Positions 1-13,729 of a stretch of DNA of 64,000 bases are shown here, in pieces (positions within the stretch are counted from its first letter, which is position 1; each line of letters opens with the position of its first letter). The position numbers and the translations under genes are program-made. The notes under the pieces are model-generated. The model was not told the DNA's origin, did no database searches, and worked only from the letters and a program-made list of their open reading frames with translations. The DNA is from Selaginella moellendorffii (taxonomy: Eukaryota > Plantae > Lycopodiophyta): positions 1,061,616-1,125,615 of the forward strand of contig NW_003314326.1 in the NCBI RefSeq assembly GCF_000143415.4, in the 5' to 3' direction.

Positions 1-1620
1 TTCCGTTGCCATATTATCCATGTAAACTTGAAGTGCTCTTGAAAGTAGTGTCGCTATTCCTGAAGTGCCTTGACCACCACAAATAGTTCCTTTCGATGGG
101 TAAGCTACTTTTGCTGAGCCTTGTCCAACTTCTTCGAGAAGAATGCCATTGGGTGGTTATTTTGCTTCGAAACTGCACCCAGTTTAAAGTGTCTATTTTC
201 ACCTCGAAGTCTTTACCAAAGTCTGGTAATGCCAACATGAGGGTCCTCCTTAATTTCCCTTTGAGTTGGACAAATGTTGCTTTGCATTTCATTGTCCACA
301 CCATTTTCCTTTTTTCTGTTTAGTCTATTAAAGGCAAGGCTACTCTCAAATAGTGTTTAATAAACTTTCGATAGTAGTTGCATAGCCCCAAGAATGCCCT
401 TAACTCATATACATTTGATGGTTGTTCCCATTCCTGGATCACTTGGACCTTCTCAAGGTTCACCTTGAGCTTGTCCTTGCCCACTACATGCCCGAGAAAT
501 TTTACCTTTTGTTGAACAAAGTCACATTTTCTCTTTTTAGTATACAACTTATGTTCCCTTAATTTCTCAAACACCTTCTTTAAGTGTTTAACATGCTCCT
601 TTAGCTTCTTGCTATAAACCAAAATGTTGTCAATATAAATGACTATGAAATGATCCAAATAGGGTATAAAAATGTGGTTCATCAACACTAAGAATGTTGC
701 CAATGCATTGCACAGCCCAAAGGGCATCACTAAAAATTCAAAGCTTCCATACTGACAAATTATCTTTTTGACAACCTTGTTCAACAAGTTCTCTTTTTGA
801 CATCTTCCTTTGCTACTCTGATCTACTAGTATCCTAATTTTAGGTCAATCCTCAAGAAGTATTTTGCCTTTTCTAGCCTATCAAATAAGTCTTCAATCCT
901 TGGTAAAGGGTATTTGTTCTTATTTATATACTTTGTTGAACGACCGGTATTCTATGCATATGCACATAGAGGCATCTTTCTTTTTCACAAATAACACTGG
1001 CACCATATACAGCAAGTTACTCAACCTAACATACCCTTTATCCACAAACTCTTCAAATTAGCATTTGAGCTCTTTGAGTTCCTTTTTGTTCAACTAATAG
1101 GAGGGACAAACCACCGCTTTAGCACCCTCAATCAGCTTGATTTTATGTTCTATCAGTTGTGCGGGGGATAACCTTGCCGGTAACTCCTCCGACATAGTAT
1201 CTCGAAATTGGTCTAACACCCGCTAAATCATTAAAGGTACTTCTTCTGTTCCCATCTTTTTGTTACTCCTCACTGAGAGTAAACACAAAAATGCTGCTTT
1301 GGTTCCTTTAATAAATTGTCCTCTTATGGACACCAGGTTCAAGTAGAAGTCTTTAGCCTTACATTGCCTTACTTTTAAAGGCTAAGTATGGTTTTGCACA
1401 TGGGACCTTTTCTGAGCTTGGTAACTACAACACTTGGAAGTAATCCTCCATATCCTCCACCACCTTATAGTCATTCACTCCTTTGAAAACCAGTGAGAGC
1501 TTTGGTTTATACTTGGGAATTGCTTAAAAGGTTAATTCCATTTCAGTTTGTTTGACCTTATTCGATTCTACCTTAGTCCCTGCTAAAGGGTCCATGCCTT
1601 TTGCACTACCAGCATCTACA
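1..1620 (-). mobile_element. Ty3/Gypsy internal fragment (gag remnant, RT, RNase H), decayed; same family as the element at 18203-37709
   Basis: ORFs 320-787 (YGSFEFLVMPFGLCNA, YIDNIL) and 14-304 (LALPDFGKDFEV) are near-identical in protein to 33772-34697; stops, frameshifts and an internal deletion near 1390. Confidence 0.9.
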
Positions 1621-1623
1621 GTC

Positions 1624-1723
1624 NNNNNNNNNNNNNNNNNNNNNNNNNNNNNNNNNNNNNNNNNNNNNNNNNNNNNNNNNNNNNNNNNNNNNNNNNNNNN
1701 NNNNNNNNNNNNNNNNNNNNNNN
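1624..1723. other. Assembly gap (100 N)
   Basis: Run of N. Confidence 1.
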
Positions 1724-1743
1724 AAAAGGCTTTAATACCAAAT

Positions 1744-2390
1744 TGTAAGTCACAAATTTTTTCTTCCGATTACTCTAGCTTACCTTGTCTATCTAACCAC
1801 AACTACCTTGGCCTTAATTAAATTCGCTTGCCAAAGTTCCCACCTATGGTACCAACTCTTACTTAGTCCTACTTGGATTTAGCTACTCACTACATAAGTA
1901 ATAAGGTGTTAACCATCCATCCACAGATTCCTAAATTCACTCTCAATCCCCCTCTCTAGGTTAGACTAGACTTAAGGTTTGGTTACACTCCCTACAAGCA
2001 TAAGCAACTAAGCACACTAAATTTCTAAGTTCCTAATATCCCCTAGTACTATAAGGCTTGATTATGGGACCCTATAAATCCCAAGTCTTAGATGCATCAC
2101 TTGCTTTGGGACTCCATAAGGAAACATCATAGCCTAACATCCCAGTATAGGTACCTCTACTCCCCCATTTCCATCCCAAATGGAAGTCCCAATCCCCTAG
2201 GAAGGGGCAAGGATCAGTGAGCCGTATGATACTCAAGTGAATGGGGCTCCACTCTACATGAGTTAAGAGCACCACAGTTGGTTTCCCTTCTAGGAATGGG
2301 AGTTACTCTTGAGCACTTCCTTGAGTGACCTCTCTAGCACCATCCAACTCCATGCTCATTCCCACCCGAGGCCCTTAACCCTTAATCTTA
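1744..2390 (-). repeat. Partial 5' LTR with adjacent tRNA-Met PBS remnant
   Basis: AATACCAAAT|TGTAAGTCACAAAT is the reverse complement of the LTR/PBS junction at 18541-18560; outer boundary approximate. Confidence 0.75.
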
Positions 2391-4989
2391 ACCTCAAGTT
2401 AGTTTGAATTGAAGAGTTCTTTCAATGCTAATTCTTGGACCTCACTATTCCTAGAGCATGGACCATACTTGAGCTTACGAGTTGAGTTGAGCTCAAGTTT
2501 CAATTGTAGTTTAATACAAACATTAAAAAATTTAAAATATTAAGGTTATGACAAACTTAATAGTTTTATAACTCTTTACATATTATATAGATAAAAATGT
2601 TCTAAAGGGCACTTCTTGTTCTAACAATTTAAATATTTATTACATGCCATAATAGGGATGTTTGTTAGAACATAAATAAGATGTTTGCAGAAAAAGTATT
2701 ATTGCCAATTCCTTAAATTTATATTTTGTGTTTTCTAGCTAGTAAATGTCAAGTTTGCCAGAATTAAAAAATTATTAAATTTGAAATAAGATTCTATGTA
2801 AAGCCATATAACCATTTGAAAGGAAAAAAAAAAACCATTGATATAAACTTATTGCATATAAAAAAAAGACTTGGTTCTTTTCTAAAATATATTTTTGAGG
2901 GGTTTGTCATAGCATATTGTCTAGAATTTATGAATTTTCATTCACACTCTCATTTGAAAAGAAAGAAATACATACAAATATCTGTGGGTTCTAGTGTTGG
3001 TAATTTTAACTTTCACAATCTTTCTTCCTAGGGTTTAAGCACTAAGAGATGCAATAACTATTCCTGTGCATAACACAACTAAACAACACAAAAGAATGAA
3101 AAAGAGGATAGTGAAGATAATGATCATCAGTTGGAGATAAATGCAATGACAAAGAATGCAACAAATTGGGTGAAAAAAATGCCTTTTTACTTGTTTTAGA
3201 AAATTGCAATTCTGTGACTTTCAAGAAATGCCTTTTATATTTTTTAGCTTTTGGTGGAAACAATGGTGATGATCAATATAATGGTATATATGCTTTCGCG
3301 ACACACTACTATATCATGCACTCGAAAGACTACCATGAAATATTTTTTGAGATGGTAAAGACAAAAATGAAGACATACGAGTACTATGGGTAGTATTGCA
3401 AAAAGAACACTCACAAGTATATAAAATGAAAAGTGAAGTGAAAAAATATTTTTTATTAATTATATAAAGTATAATAAGTTTGTATTATTGTAGAGAATAA
3501 ACATCGATAGTGTTAGAAAATCTAGTTAGCTCCAAAAGTTTTCTGCAACTCAACAATAGGAAGGCTTGCTTGGTGTATATGAATATCCACTTTTGTGGCT
3601 GTTCCTTGTTCAGCCCTGGGGCCACGGCTGAACAGTCAGTCTCCCTGGAGAGCTCTTGGCTTGGTTGTGTCTCTGAGTGAGGGATTATGAACTCACCTTC
3701 TAGTGAGGCCTCCATGTTGATCCTGCAAGACAGAAGTGCATCCACACTAGGGCCCTGTTCCTCTTTGTTTTTGGTCTTTCTGGGTGGGGAAGACTTGAGT
3801 TCTCCTATCCCATGCCGTAGCTCTGCTGCTGCTGCACATGCTGCTGCTTTGGTGGTGACTCCTGACTTGACCTTGGTGTGCCGCTCCTACACTTTTGTGA
3901 GACATCCATCCCTGTGAACCTCTTTAGCTGCAAAGTGCTTGGGATGATTCCCCGCAATCCTTCTTGACTTGTGACTGGCCTGAGACTCTCACGATGCTCC
4001 TGCACTCTAGCCAGTGACCAAGCAAGTGGGTGAGGGGAGGTAGCTTTGTCCTCTTCTCCACTCTCAATGGACACTTCGCCTCTGGCATGGCTTACACTTC
4101 CAGCTTTTTCCAGGACCTAGCCATCTCCCAACCTAGAAACATCCACCACTTCTATCCCATGGTTCTCATCCTATTGGATTGCTGCTTTGCATGGCTTACT
4201 TGCTGCCTTATGTAGCAGTGTTCTGGCTGTTGATATAGAGGGCCCTTTCCCATCCTGGCTTGCTGCCGTGCATGTTCTAGAACCCCGACCTTGTAATAGT
4301 CCTCCTCGTGGGAGCCGAATGCTGAGGCCCCTACCTCGCACTCCATGACCTTGTGAGCTTAGATTGATGGGCATGGATGCTGTGACTCCCTTGCGGCTGT
4401 TCTCCATGCTGCTGACATGAGAGTGAGTACACAGCAAAAGAAAAAATAGGGGAAGGAAGCTTTCCTGAATCTCACGGCAGATGCCTCCGCTGACGGTAGC
4501 AAGTGTGGGGAGATTGCACGCTCTCCCCTAAGAGCTCTTCTACCTTTGGCTGCGCCTCCGATCACGGCAACCATGGTACTGGGTGCCTTCCACCACTGTC
4601 TCCCCAAAAATCATCCAACATTAGGGTTCGCCCTCATATCAAGTTTGCATTCCACCACCAGACAGCCAAGATTAGGCTCTAGTTCAACTATCAAACAACC
4701 AAGATCCAGATCAAGTTCCACTAGTAAATAACGATGATCAAGTGGTTCATAGAATATCATATCAACCTCGAGGTAAGCAAAAGTGAATTTTACAAACTAA
4801 AGGTGGTAATACATGTTTTGTGCAGCAATGACTTTTAGTAGTAATTTCATTCCAGCTCGACAAGATGCTCGTGAGGAGGAGTTAGAGGAACTCTCATCGA
4901 CAACATGCCATATGATAGTAGTATATTATTCATTGTCTTTTTCATTTATTGAGCTCTTCTATAGATCCATCCTGTTTCCCCAATAGCAC

Positions 4990-5806
4990 AATAAGGCATT
5001 ATGGGTGTCTTCATTGGCTCCTATAGTAGATTGTTGACATTTTTCAGGGAAGACAACATCAACATGGATATATGGTGTCAATTCAACTATTGGTGCTAAA
5101 AGATACAAAGGCCCTTACTCCTAGTTGCGGATTTCATTCTCTTTGACTTTCCAAACGGTCTTTCAAATATTAATGGGAAAGTTAACTATTAAAACTTTCT
5201 CACACCTAACCACATGCGCAATATATTCCTCTTGTCCAAAGCACTTATGTTTGACGTTACTAAACAACCCTAACTGAATATATGAGCTGATGATGTATGC
5301 AGCAGAAGTTCATTAAAGTCATTCTCTTTCAAGTGCATTATGGATCCTATTGGTGTCGATACAAGGGGCATCCAAGAGAAGTCTGAAAAGGTGAGTATGT
5401 ATTTTATATTTTTATCTAATTTTTAAACTTTTTTATTTTCTAGGTTATGATATAGACCTATCATGCCTTTTGTAGAAACACACATGATAGGTTTCATGAT
5501 AGCAAATGTGCAACACGTGTTTTGCTTAGATATGACAGTTCCACTAACATCATACCCAACTTTGTGGATGAACAGATTCACAACATGTTTTCAAAGTGCT
5601 AATTTCGAACTCTATCAGTGATGCAAATCTTGCTTGAGCTCTATTGCCCACCAGATGGTGTTGTGATTGATTGCACAGTAGGTAGTAGTTCTATGGTGGA
5701 GGTAACACGTGACTCTAGTAGGTTGGTGTTTGCTATTGAAGAACATCATTTCTTCAAACGCCGGCTCAAAGGATTTCATGAGTTGGTTCCAACCTCAAGG
5801 AGGTAA
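4990..5806 (+). pseudogene. Remnant of N4/N6 DNA amino-methyltransferase-like gene
   Basis: Probable spliced RGIQEKSEK|VMQILLELYCPPDGVVIDCTVGSSSMVEVTRDSSRLVFAIEE resembles the beta-class MTase C-terminal block (K..L..LI...S.PGD.VLD.F.GSG....A....R...G.E); upstream exons have stops. Confidence 0.55.
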
Positions 5807-6297
5807 ATTATGTCTATTAAAATTTTAATATATATTTAGTTCTATTTTATAAATCACAGTCACTTAGAGTTTCTAGAATTACAGGCTTTGGAAATCTCCC
5901 CAACCATACAGAAGCCATGGCTCAAATATGCAAGATGAATTTTCCCCACAATACCAATATAGGAAAAAGTATAAAAGAAATCAACATGTTAATGATGAGG
6001 TAGAAGAAAGTTAATTGCATTCTTACATATAATGAAAAACTTGTTATATATCAGATGTCAGTGAAAGTGTTAGATGTCAGTGTCAGATATCATAATTGCA
6101 AATTATCATTCTCACCTATCACCATCACTTTGTAGTGCTTGTGTGTTACCATCTCCTCCTTCAACACCTTGTAAACAATTGTATGTGATATGATAGCACC
6201 TTCTAAAACAAAGTATGTTATATAACTAAATATCATTTTATTTCATTTTTTCTTTTAAAAATGACAATACTATAGTATAGTAAAGTAATTCTAGATC

Positions 6298-6843
6298 TTA
6301 CATTCCACTATAGGGTGGCCTAAAAACCTTATATTTTGCATTAGCCGATATAGTGTTTCCCAAGGGGATGTTATTCCTTACCATAAAGCAATATTGGGTA
6401 TGTGTCTGTAAGTCATTCTTGAATCTATTATACATCCATATATGCATGTTTTCTAGATCCGCCGTTGGGCAATTGCTATAGTGCTCAAGAAAAGTTTGTA
6501 AACCTATAAAGCCATTTGTCTTATCCAAGAAAAAGTAATATATTAGACACCAAATGTTATTGTATTCAGTGCTTTCAAGTAGTTTTGCCATGTCAGAAGC
6601 AAAATCTTGCAAAAACATGTGGCATTGCTCTTGAAGTGCTGGAAGCAATCCTTCTCTAGTAGCAAGATCCAAAATCTCATATATAGGGAGCTCTAGTTCA
6701 ACTTCACTAGAGCCCTCAGCAAAAAAAGTATTATTATGTGGAGGTGAAGGTGGAATATTGGTAGAACTTGGGGATGAAGGTGGAGATTGATATAAAATGT
6801 TAAAGGGCCAAATATGAACAGCAGTGACTTTCTTTCGAACCAT
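6298..6843 (-). CDS. Unknown protein (ORF-b of family E), ~180 aa, Pro/Ser-rich N-terminus
   Basis: Open ORF MVRKK...YQSPPSSP...YKVFRPPY; homologue at 40985-41535 (+) and partial third copy near 41795-41900. Confidence 0.45.
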   Translation of the reverse strand: MVRKKVTAVHIWPFNILYQSPPSSPSSTNIPPSPPHNNTFFAEGSSEVELELPIYEILDLATREGLLPALQEQCHMFLQDFASDMAKLLESTEYNNIWCLIYYFFLDKTNGFIGLQTFLEHYSNCPTADLENMHIWMYNRFKNDLQTHTQYCFMVRNNIPLGNTISANAKYKVFRPPYSGM

Positions 6844-7506
6844 TTTAATACAAATTTCCAAAGAGCTCAAGGAGAATAAAAAAACTATGATGACTATAAC
6901 TTTTCTAGATAGTTTATATACTAAGTTTTAGTCTTGGGAATGAGGTTTATTTATTATGACACTGACAATACTCAGATTCTTTAAATGTCAGTCTTGGAAA
7001 TGGGGCTTCATAATCATAAATTGATTGTAAATATAAGAGCTTCTAAAATTTTAGATTATTGTGTATACACATACTCTATTATTATGATGAAATCCTACTT
7101 TACTACATATATATTCTTTTCTACATATGCCAAATGTCTAGGGAAATAGACTACAAAGAAATATAGACCACATTATAGTAGTAGAGCATGTTGATACATA
7201 GCCATTTTCTCATATGAGATTGCCTTTCAATCTTAGAAATATAGATAAAGTTAATTCTTTGATGTGATATTACTTTTGAGTCTTTTGAAATATTTTGATT
7301 TCTTTTATTATTATTCACAAACAACTCCTGAAAACTTTTAATGAGGATTCACTATAAAAATATACTTTGGTCTTATCATATGAGAGGATTGCGATATAGG
7401 CAAGCAACAGAGTTTTTAATATGAATTACAAATGTTATGGAAAGTTTTATAGAGTAGATTTCTTGGTGCTTTCTGCCGTGCTATTCATTTCTTCATTTCT
7501 CTTACT

Positions 7507-7695
7507 CTAGACTATTATTTCAGAAGTAATAAAAGCATTTTTATCAATCGTGATAGTGGTTTTTACATTCCCAAATGGGTAATAAAGATTAGGAGTGTAA
7601 TATAAAAACTGTGGTAATGCAACAAAATTAACATTCTCACATTCATTTGCACTACAACTCTTACTCATAGATCTTGTATTTTCCTTGCTTCCCAT
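7507..7695 (-). pseudogene. Small unknown ORF-a (family E), truncated
   Basis: MGSKE...VNFVALPQFLYYTP...TIDKNAFITSE; homologous to 40144-40491 and 32856-33113. Confidence 0.45.
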
Positions 7696-8094
7696 CTTCT
7701 CAAGAACCCTAAAAAATCTTTTGAATGAAGGAATATTATCTATAGCTGTAAAAGTATTCAAAATATTAAGTAGTCAAATCAAAATATGACAGCTATAATA
7801 GTAGTCATAATAAAATAATATAGGTTTACAAAAGATAGGTTTTTATGACCTTTGTCTTTTTTAAACAATTCAGTCTTATAGAAACTTTTAACTCAAATAT
7901 TTACATATTTAAATATTTTAAAGTTTGCTAGAATCTTCATTTATTCAATTTAGATTTCCTTTGTAATACTTTTAATTGACTATGTTGACTTGAGTTGACT
8001 TGTGCTGAATTGAACTCTACTTATGAACTCAACTCAACTTTGAACCATCCCCTATCCCTACTATACTTTTAGAATACCTTGCGGCACCCCCTCT

Positions 8095-8494
8095 ATAGCA
8101 CACCCTATCTTTCTCCCCTTAAACTAACTGGGACTATCTTTCTACTGCAGTCCCATGGTGGATACCTTCGTCTGTGGATACTCCACACAAGAGGAAGGAC
8201 AAACGCATGGATGTCCAATACGTACGATTTCAAATTTAGGGGTAGGAATATACCTTGTTTAAGGGTATATTATATTTTTAAGTAGCCATTAATCAATGAG
8301 AATCGAACCCGTGCCATTTTCTCTGATACCACATGTAGCACACCTTATCTCTTTCCTCTTAAGCCAACTTGAAAAGGGGCAATTGCTTGATGAAAGAGCC
8401 CTTAGTGGTTATTTTATCCTCATTTATCCCCCAAGGTTCCAAGGATCTATGGTGACAGTATATTCAAATCTCATCCCATAATCACATGTGCTAC
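8095..8494 (-). mobile_element. TRIM-like non-autonomous LTR element remnant (LTR about 8333-8494)
   Basis: TGTAGCACAC...GTGCTACA short LTR preceded by CTCTGATACCA (tRNA-Met PBS, minus strand); related copies near 53945-54072 and 61940-62290. Confidence 0.6.
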
Positions 8495-8884
8495 ACCCTC
8501 CGATTGGGACAAACATTTTAGGCTTTCACCCCATGATATGTATTAGTATTTGGACTCAGTTTCGGACTCGATTTTGGACTTAAACCTCAGACTTTGTCTT
8601 GGACTTGATCTTGGACTCAATCTCAAACCTGGCCTCAGACTTGGTCTCGAACTCGACCTCAGACCTGATTTTAGATCTCGGACTTGGTCTCGAACTTGGT
8701 CCTAGACTCAGTCTTGAACTTAGTCTCAGACTTGATCTCAAACTCAGTCTCGGAGTCGGTCTTGGACTTGATTTCAAACTTGGTTTCATGCGATGGACTA
8801 TTTATCATTTCAATTATGGTTTTAGGAATCCTTTAGCCTATGACACCTTGGGGAGTTGGTTCCTTACACAATAAAACCAGTTTG

Positions 8885-9060
8885 GCCAAGAAAGACCAGT
8901 GTGACCAAGAAAAACTAGTCTGACCAAGAAAGACCAGTGTGACCAAGAAAAACTAGTCTGACCAAGAAAGACCAGTGTGACCAAGAAAAACTAGTCTGAC
9001 CAAGAAAGACCAGTATGACCAAGAAAAACTAGTCTGACCAAGAAAGACCAGTGTGACCAA
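8885..9060. repeat. Tandem repeat, 38-bp unit (2 x 19 bp), about 4.5 copies, within an LTR fragment
   Basis: GACCAAGAAAAACTAGTCT GACCAAGAAAGACCAGTGT repeated. Confidence 0.9.
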
Positions 9061-12000
9061 GGAAAGCTATACCCATGTTATGGGTGATGATATTACCATT
9101 GAGGAGTCCAAAACTAAAGTGAATACAGATGGATGAATAAAATAATTTAGTGAAGTGTTCAAAAGTTGGTTTTAGCTCCTTCAGAAAATCAAGTGGTTGA
9201 TACTCCCAATCTATCTGTGGGTGGCACTACCTACTTAGATACCTAGCATAGCTTAGTAGAACCTTGCTCTAGCCACATGGCTATGGCACCCGAAGGCAAA
9301 GGGTGAGGAAAGTACCCACAAGACCTGCATAGGGCCAATGATTCTATGTTGCTTGGTACAATACTCAAAAAATAAAAGCAAAAGGCTTATAATTGAGAAT
9401 AAGCCTTAGAAGTTGCTAAAGGGAATTTAACTAAAGGTTGGGAAGGAACCAACATGTGGTGGATACTAAAGGATTATGGGAAAAGTAATAAGTTTCCAAG
9501 GGATAGGATTCCTAAATGCTCCAATTTTATAAAAAGAAAAGTCTCCAAAAAATAGGGCCAAGGCAAGGTAACAAATGATAGGGTCATGGATAAATTATGG
9601 ATAAGTGGAATTTAGTACCTAGATAAAGAGAGGATAATTATGTCCTTAACTTAGGATGGAAAAATGGAATTTGCACAATACATGCAATAGAAAATGTCAG
9701 AGACAAACTCAAGAAGTCAATATTAAGGTTTTAAAGTGTTATAGTTATGTTAATAGGAGTCGAGACTACTCCAAAATGAGTAATAAGATTGGGATAAAGA
9801 TGGTGTTTCTAATGAGTCTAGTAAGAATTAAACCAAAAAAGGGAGAGAACCATTACAAGTGATTTAATAAGTTTTTAAATTGGAGAGATTGTATTCCTTA
9901 GAGGATGTGCAAGATATGGTGATCTTTTAGTGTTAAACTATTGACAAATAGTGGCTTGGTGCAAAGGATAAAAATAGTAATCCATGATAGAGTTACTTTA
10001 TAAAAAGTTTTATTACTTGATAAGGACATCAAATTTAGTTTATGGGTGGTGGAGTCACAAATCTCTAAGTCTCAAAATAGGGGCAAAAAGAGTGCCATAT
10101 AGTAGTGGTTGAGTGTAACATGTTTAGACTAAAAGCTCTAACTTGGAAAGTTAAGTGGGAGTGGAACTCCCAAAGAAATATTTAAGGAATGAGCACGAAA
10201 TAATTATTAAATGAGTCTTTAGAAGACTTTAAAATGGTGTTGCTTAATTGAGGATCAAGTCATTGTAATTTTCATATCATATCTATGCAATTGTGTGTTT
10301 ATGAAGTTGTTTAGTCAAATAATGATCAACCCCAAAGTACTTAATGGTGAAGCTAATCTACTTGTATGTAGTGGCATTGTAGTAACTTCAACTGAGTTCT
10401 CAAAAGTGATCCACTATGTAAGTTGGTGATTTTACCTTGGTTCTTTGAAAGTTTGCTAATTAGGTTTTGGAAAGGGTTGTAGTATTTCATTTGCTATAAC
10501 TTTTTGATGAATTCATTGGCACTTGGAGTAGTTTTTTGGAAGGAAAAACTATGTAGTTCATACTAGATTTATTAAAGAAGAGTGTTAGTGCAATATAGAT
10601 ATATTGCAATATTTCCAATTGCCAATCCACTTTAGCTTTGTCCCCCAAGATGCAAGAGGAACCTTTCTAGATGTACATCTTGATGAACTGATTCATTTTG
10701 TAGATCATCTATTGATCCAGGTTTTAGCATGATGCCAAAAACCTCTTTGTCATGGACTACAATGCTTTAGGAGCCTCCTCATAGGAGAAGTCTGTCATCT
10801 TGGGATGGCCATGGTTAGGTGTAGTGCTTTGTGTTTTTGACTTCAAGTACTGGCAACTACAGAATTAGAGAGGTAATAATTCTCAATGCTAAAGGGTAGG
10901 CCTTGGCATCTCAGGACATGGCTAAGGCCACACTAGCACCGTTAAAGTCCTCTCCATAATGATCTGTTGCTTTTTCATCAATTGTTAACATGATGATGGA
11001 GTCTTAGTTTTTGCGATGTAGCATGATTCATTTTCTACACACAAACTGGACAATCTTGTCCCTCAACTTCTCCTCCATCCACTCTCCATCACCATGCTCA
11101 CTTGGGCTTAAGGAAGAAAAATATCCAGACAAGATTCTCAAGATTCAAAAAATGCCTAACTTGGAAGAGAACATAGTTTTCATGGTGCATTTGGAGAGAG
11201 ACTTTCTTGAGACAGATCCTATTGTAGAGACACAAGAGGAAACTCCACAACACATTCTCACACAGTCAAAAGTATTAGATCTAGTTCTTCCTGGCTTAGA
11301 GATTTCATACAACTCTATCGACGGGAGTGAAATCCGCATGAGTTTTTGGGTAGAAGCAATAACTCCTATGCTTGTGGAGCACAAGGCCCATCTAGATGCA
11401 GCCTTGGCCACCATATGAGACCACTTCACTTGAGATTGATGTAGTGTCACCTGCATTGGTGTTGCCAAGGGAGTTTGCAGCTATGGAGCATGATTTCTTT
11501 TCCTCCCTTGGAATTGATATCCACCAGGAAGTCTATGATGTTGTATTAACCATGACTCTATAGGAAAATCTCCAAATCACATATACTTTATCGTGTGACC
11601 TTGCGAGTGATGATGAGCAACAACTCTAGAGGTTGTTTCTAGCCACAACTTTTTCTCTGGACCATCTCTAGCCCTCCACCATAGTCCACAACACTTTGAC
11701 ACAATAGATGGACAAGGTCCATATAGGCTAAAAGGTTACAAATTATCTATTTGCCAAAGGTGGCAAAAGCATCACCTTTTCTCCACCACCATCTTGGCTC
11801 TTTTCAGAAGTTTTTCCAGCCTTGGGACATCATACTAGACTTCCCCAGCCATAGGATACTAGCTGTGGCATCACCCACAGTGATCATGGCATCTTTTGTG
11901 GCCACTGACACTTCACTTGACCATCAAATTCTTGTGAACACTTTTGATTGAGTTCACTACTTTAGAGACACTTTTTTCCATGCTCTAGAGGCTCCATAGG

Positions 12001-13729
12001 TGACCACATACAACCAAGCTCTAGATTTCATCACTTTGGGCTTACACAACATTACACATTAGAGGGTGACATGGCCAGCTTTTGCATCATCCCTAACCTC
12101 CTTCAAAACTCTTTATGACCTCCTACCACAAGCTCAATCATTGGGAGAGAGTTCCCCAAATTTCTTATTTTTCCTGGGTTTTGTTTTGCATGGTTTTACT
12201 CCATCCAACATCATCATCGCTCTCTATCACTCACAATCACAATTCATTCATTTTGCTACTTGCTACAGCATTGTTTACCACTCACTACAATTGCCTAGTT
12301 CACATTTCTTCACTTTTTTGACTATGGACATATAGTCTTGAGGATCCCATTACATCATTCTATTCCCGCTAATCATACGCAAATGAGGCATTACAAAGCT
12401 GCAAAATCTGATGTGTCAAACTCAAGCTATGATGTAGACTATCTCGATGTAGCAAGTATGGGCAAATCTAAGACACTTAGTAGCTGATTTTTAAGAGCTG
12501 GTTGAACTTAATGCACATAGGAGACCAGGGATTACTTTGGGTAGATGTTTTACCCGATCCCACATTTCTACAACAACAGAAAACAATGATCCTAGCAGAT
12601 GTTTGCAAAGACTGCAAGCCTTTTCTTCTTTCGCAACGAGCACACATGTTGCCAACCACTTCTACCATATTCACAGGCTACTAAATCCCCTCCACTATCA
12701 CTCCATTTAAATCAGCCATCACTATCTTCCACTATTCATCTATTAGGTTGTTGTCTTCCACCACTTCTGCAGTTGCCATTCCCAGGTAACACATTCCCTC
12801 CCATCATTTCATTCCCTTGCACCTTTGAGAGTAGTTTGGCTATGTTTGAGACACTTTCCAGAGGTGAAAACGTTTAAGTTGGAGTCCAGGTAAGTGGTTC
12901 TCCTATTTGATTTCATATCTTTATCTTCTTTTTCTATTTTTCCTTTTCTTTTCTCCTTTTCTTCTCTTTTCTTTGTTTCATATTCACTTTGTTTTTCTCC
13001 ACTTTGTCTCCTTTTGTTCTAGTGTTTAGTTCTTTTGTCAAGTTTTTCCATATGGTTTTCCCTTGACTCCAAAACTTCACACTCTCTTTCTTCTTCTTTT
13101 TCTCTTTCCTTTGCTTTTCTTTGGTCTCTTCTTACAGAAGTGGTCAACATAGGGCATCACCTTGGAGTTTTCATTAACACTTTGGCCGTGGGTTCTCATG
13201 CATGGTGAAGCTAATGCATTCCCTTGTGATTGCCTATTAGGAGATGGCTTAAAGCTTTGAGTGAGATTCCTTAGAATATTCTAGAAGCATGAGATGTTGG
13301 GTGCAAATGTATGTCCCCTTCTTCCCCATTTTTAGGGTAGGGAGTTCATACAAGAGAAATGTTTGACCAAGATTTCAAAGTATGAAAGAGTGTTCTCCCT
13401 ATCGTTGAAAGGCTTCCCTCTCAACAATTACTTGTAGAATTCATTGAGGACTATTAGCATTTTACTTAACTTGATCATGATTTAACAATGATGGATTTGC
13501 TTTACCAGATAGTGTTGTGGAGGATTTTGCTGTTAAACTTACATGATTTTTCCATGTTAACATATTGTTTCTACCTCTGTCAATATCATTTAGTTGCGTT
13601 TAGTCTATGGTTGGATTTCATTAAGTCTTGGATGTGGTGATTCAATATTTAATTATGTGATATCTATAACTGAGTATTATTGAAGGATTGGTTTTAAATA
13701 CTAGATATAGTATTTTCAACCTTGGTTAG

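Larger units (their letters stand above)
2454..8052. mobile_element. Relic DNA-transposon-like element (family E, copy 1)
   Basis: Ends GAGCATGGACC... and ...GAACCATCCCC are imperfect inverted repeats with GAGTTGAG-type subterminal motifs; both end regions and two internal ORFs recur inverted at 39759-53664; no convincing TSD. Confidence 0.5.

Noticed and set aside
3485-4730. GC-richer ORF cluster with a possible zinc-knuckle remnant (LINE ORF1?)
   Set aside because: Too fragmentary to assign
8885-9060. CRISPR-like regular repeat
   Set aside because: No unique spacers, no cas genes, eukaryotic LTR context
9300-13600. Decayed coding-like sequence (possible LINE or other transposon remnants; ORF 11011-11418)
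   Set aside because: No motif I can identify with confidence
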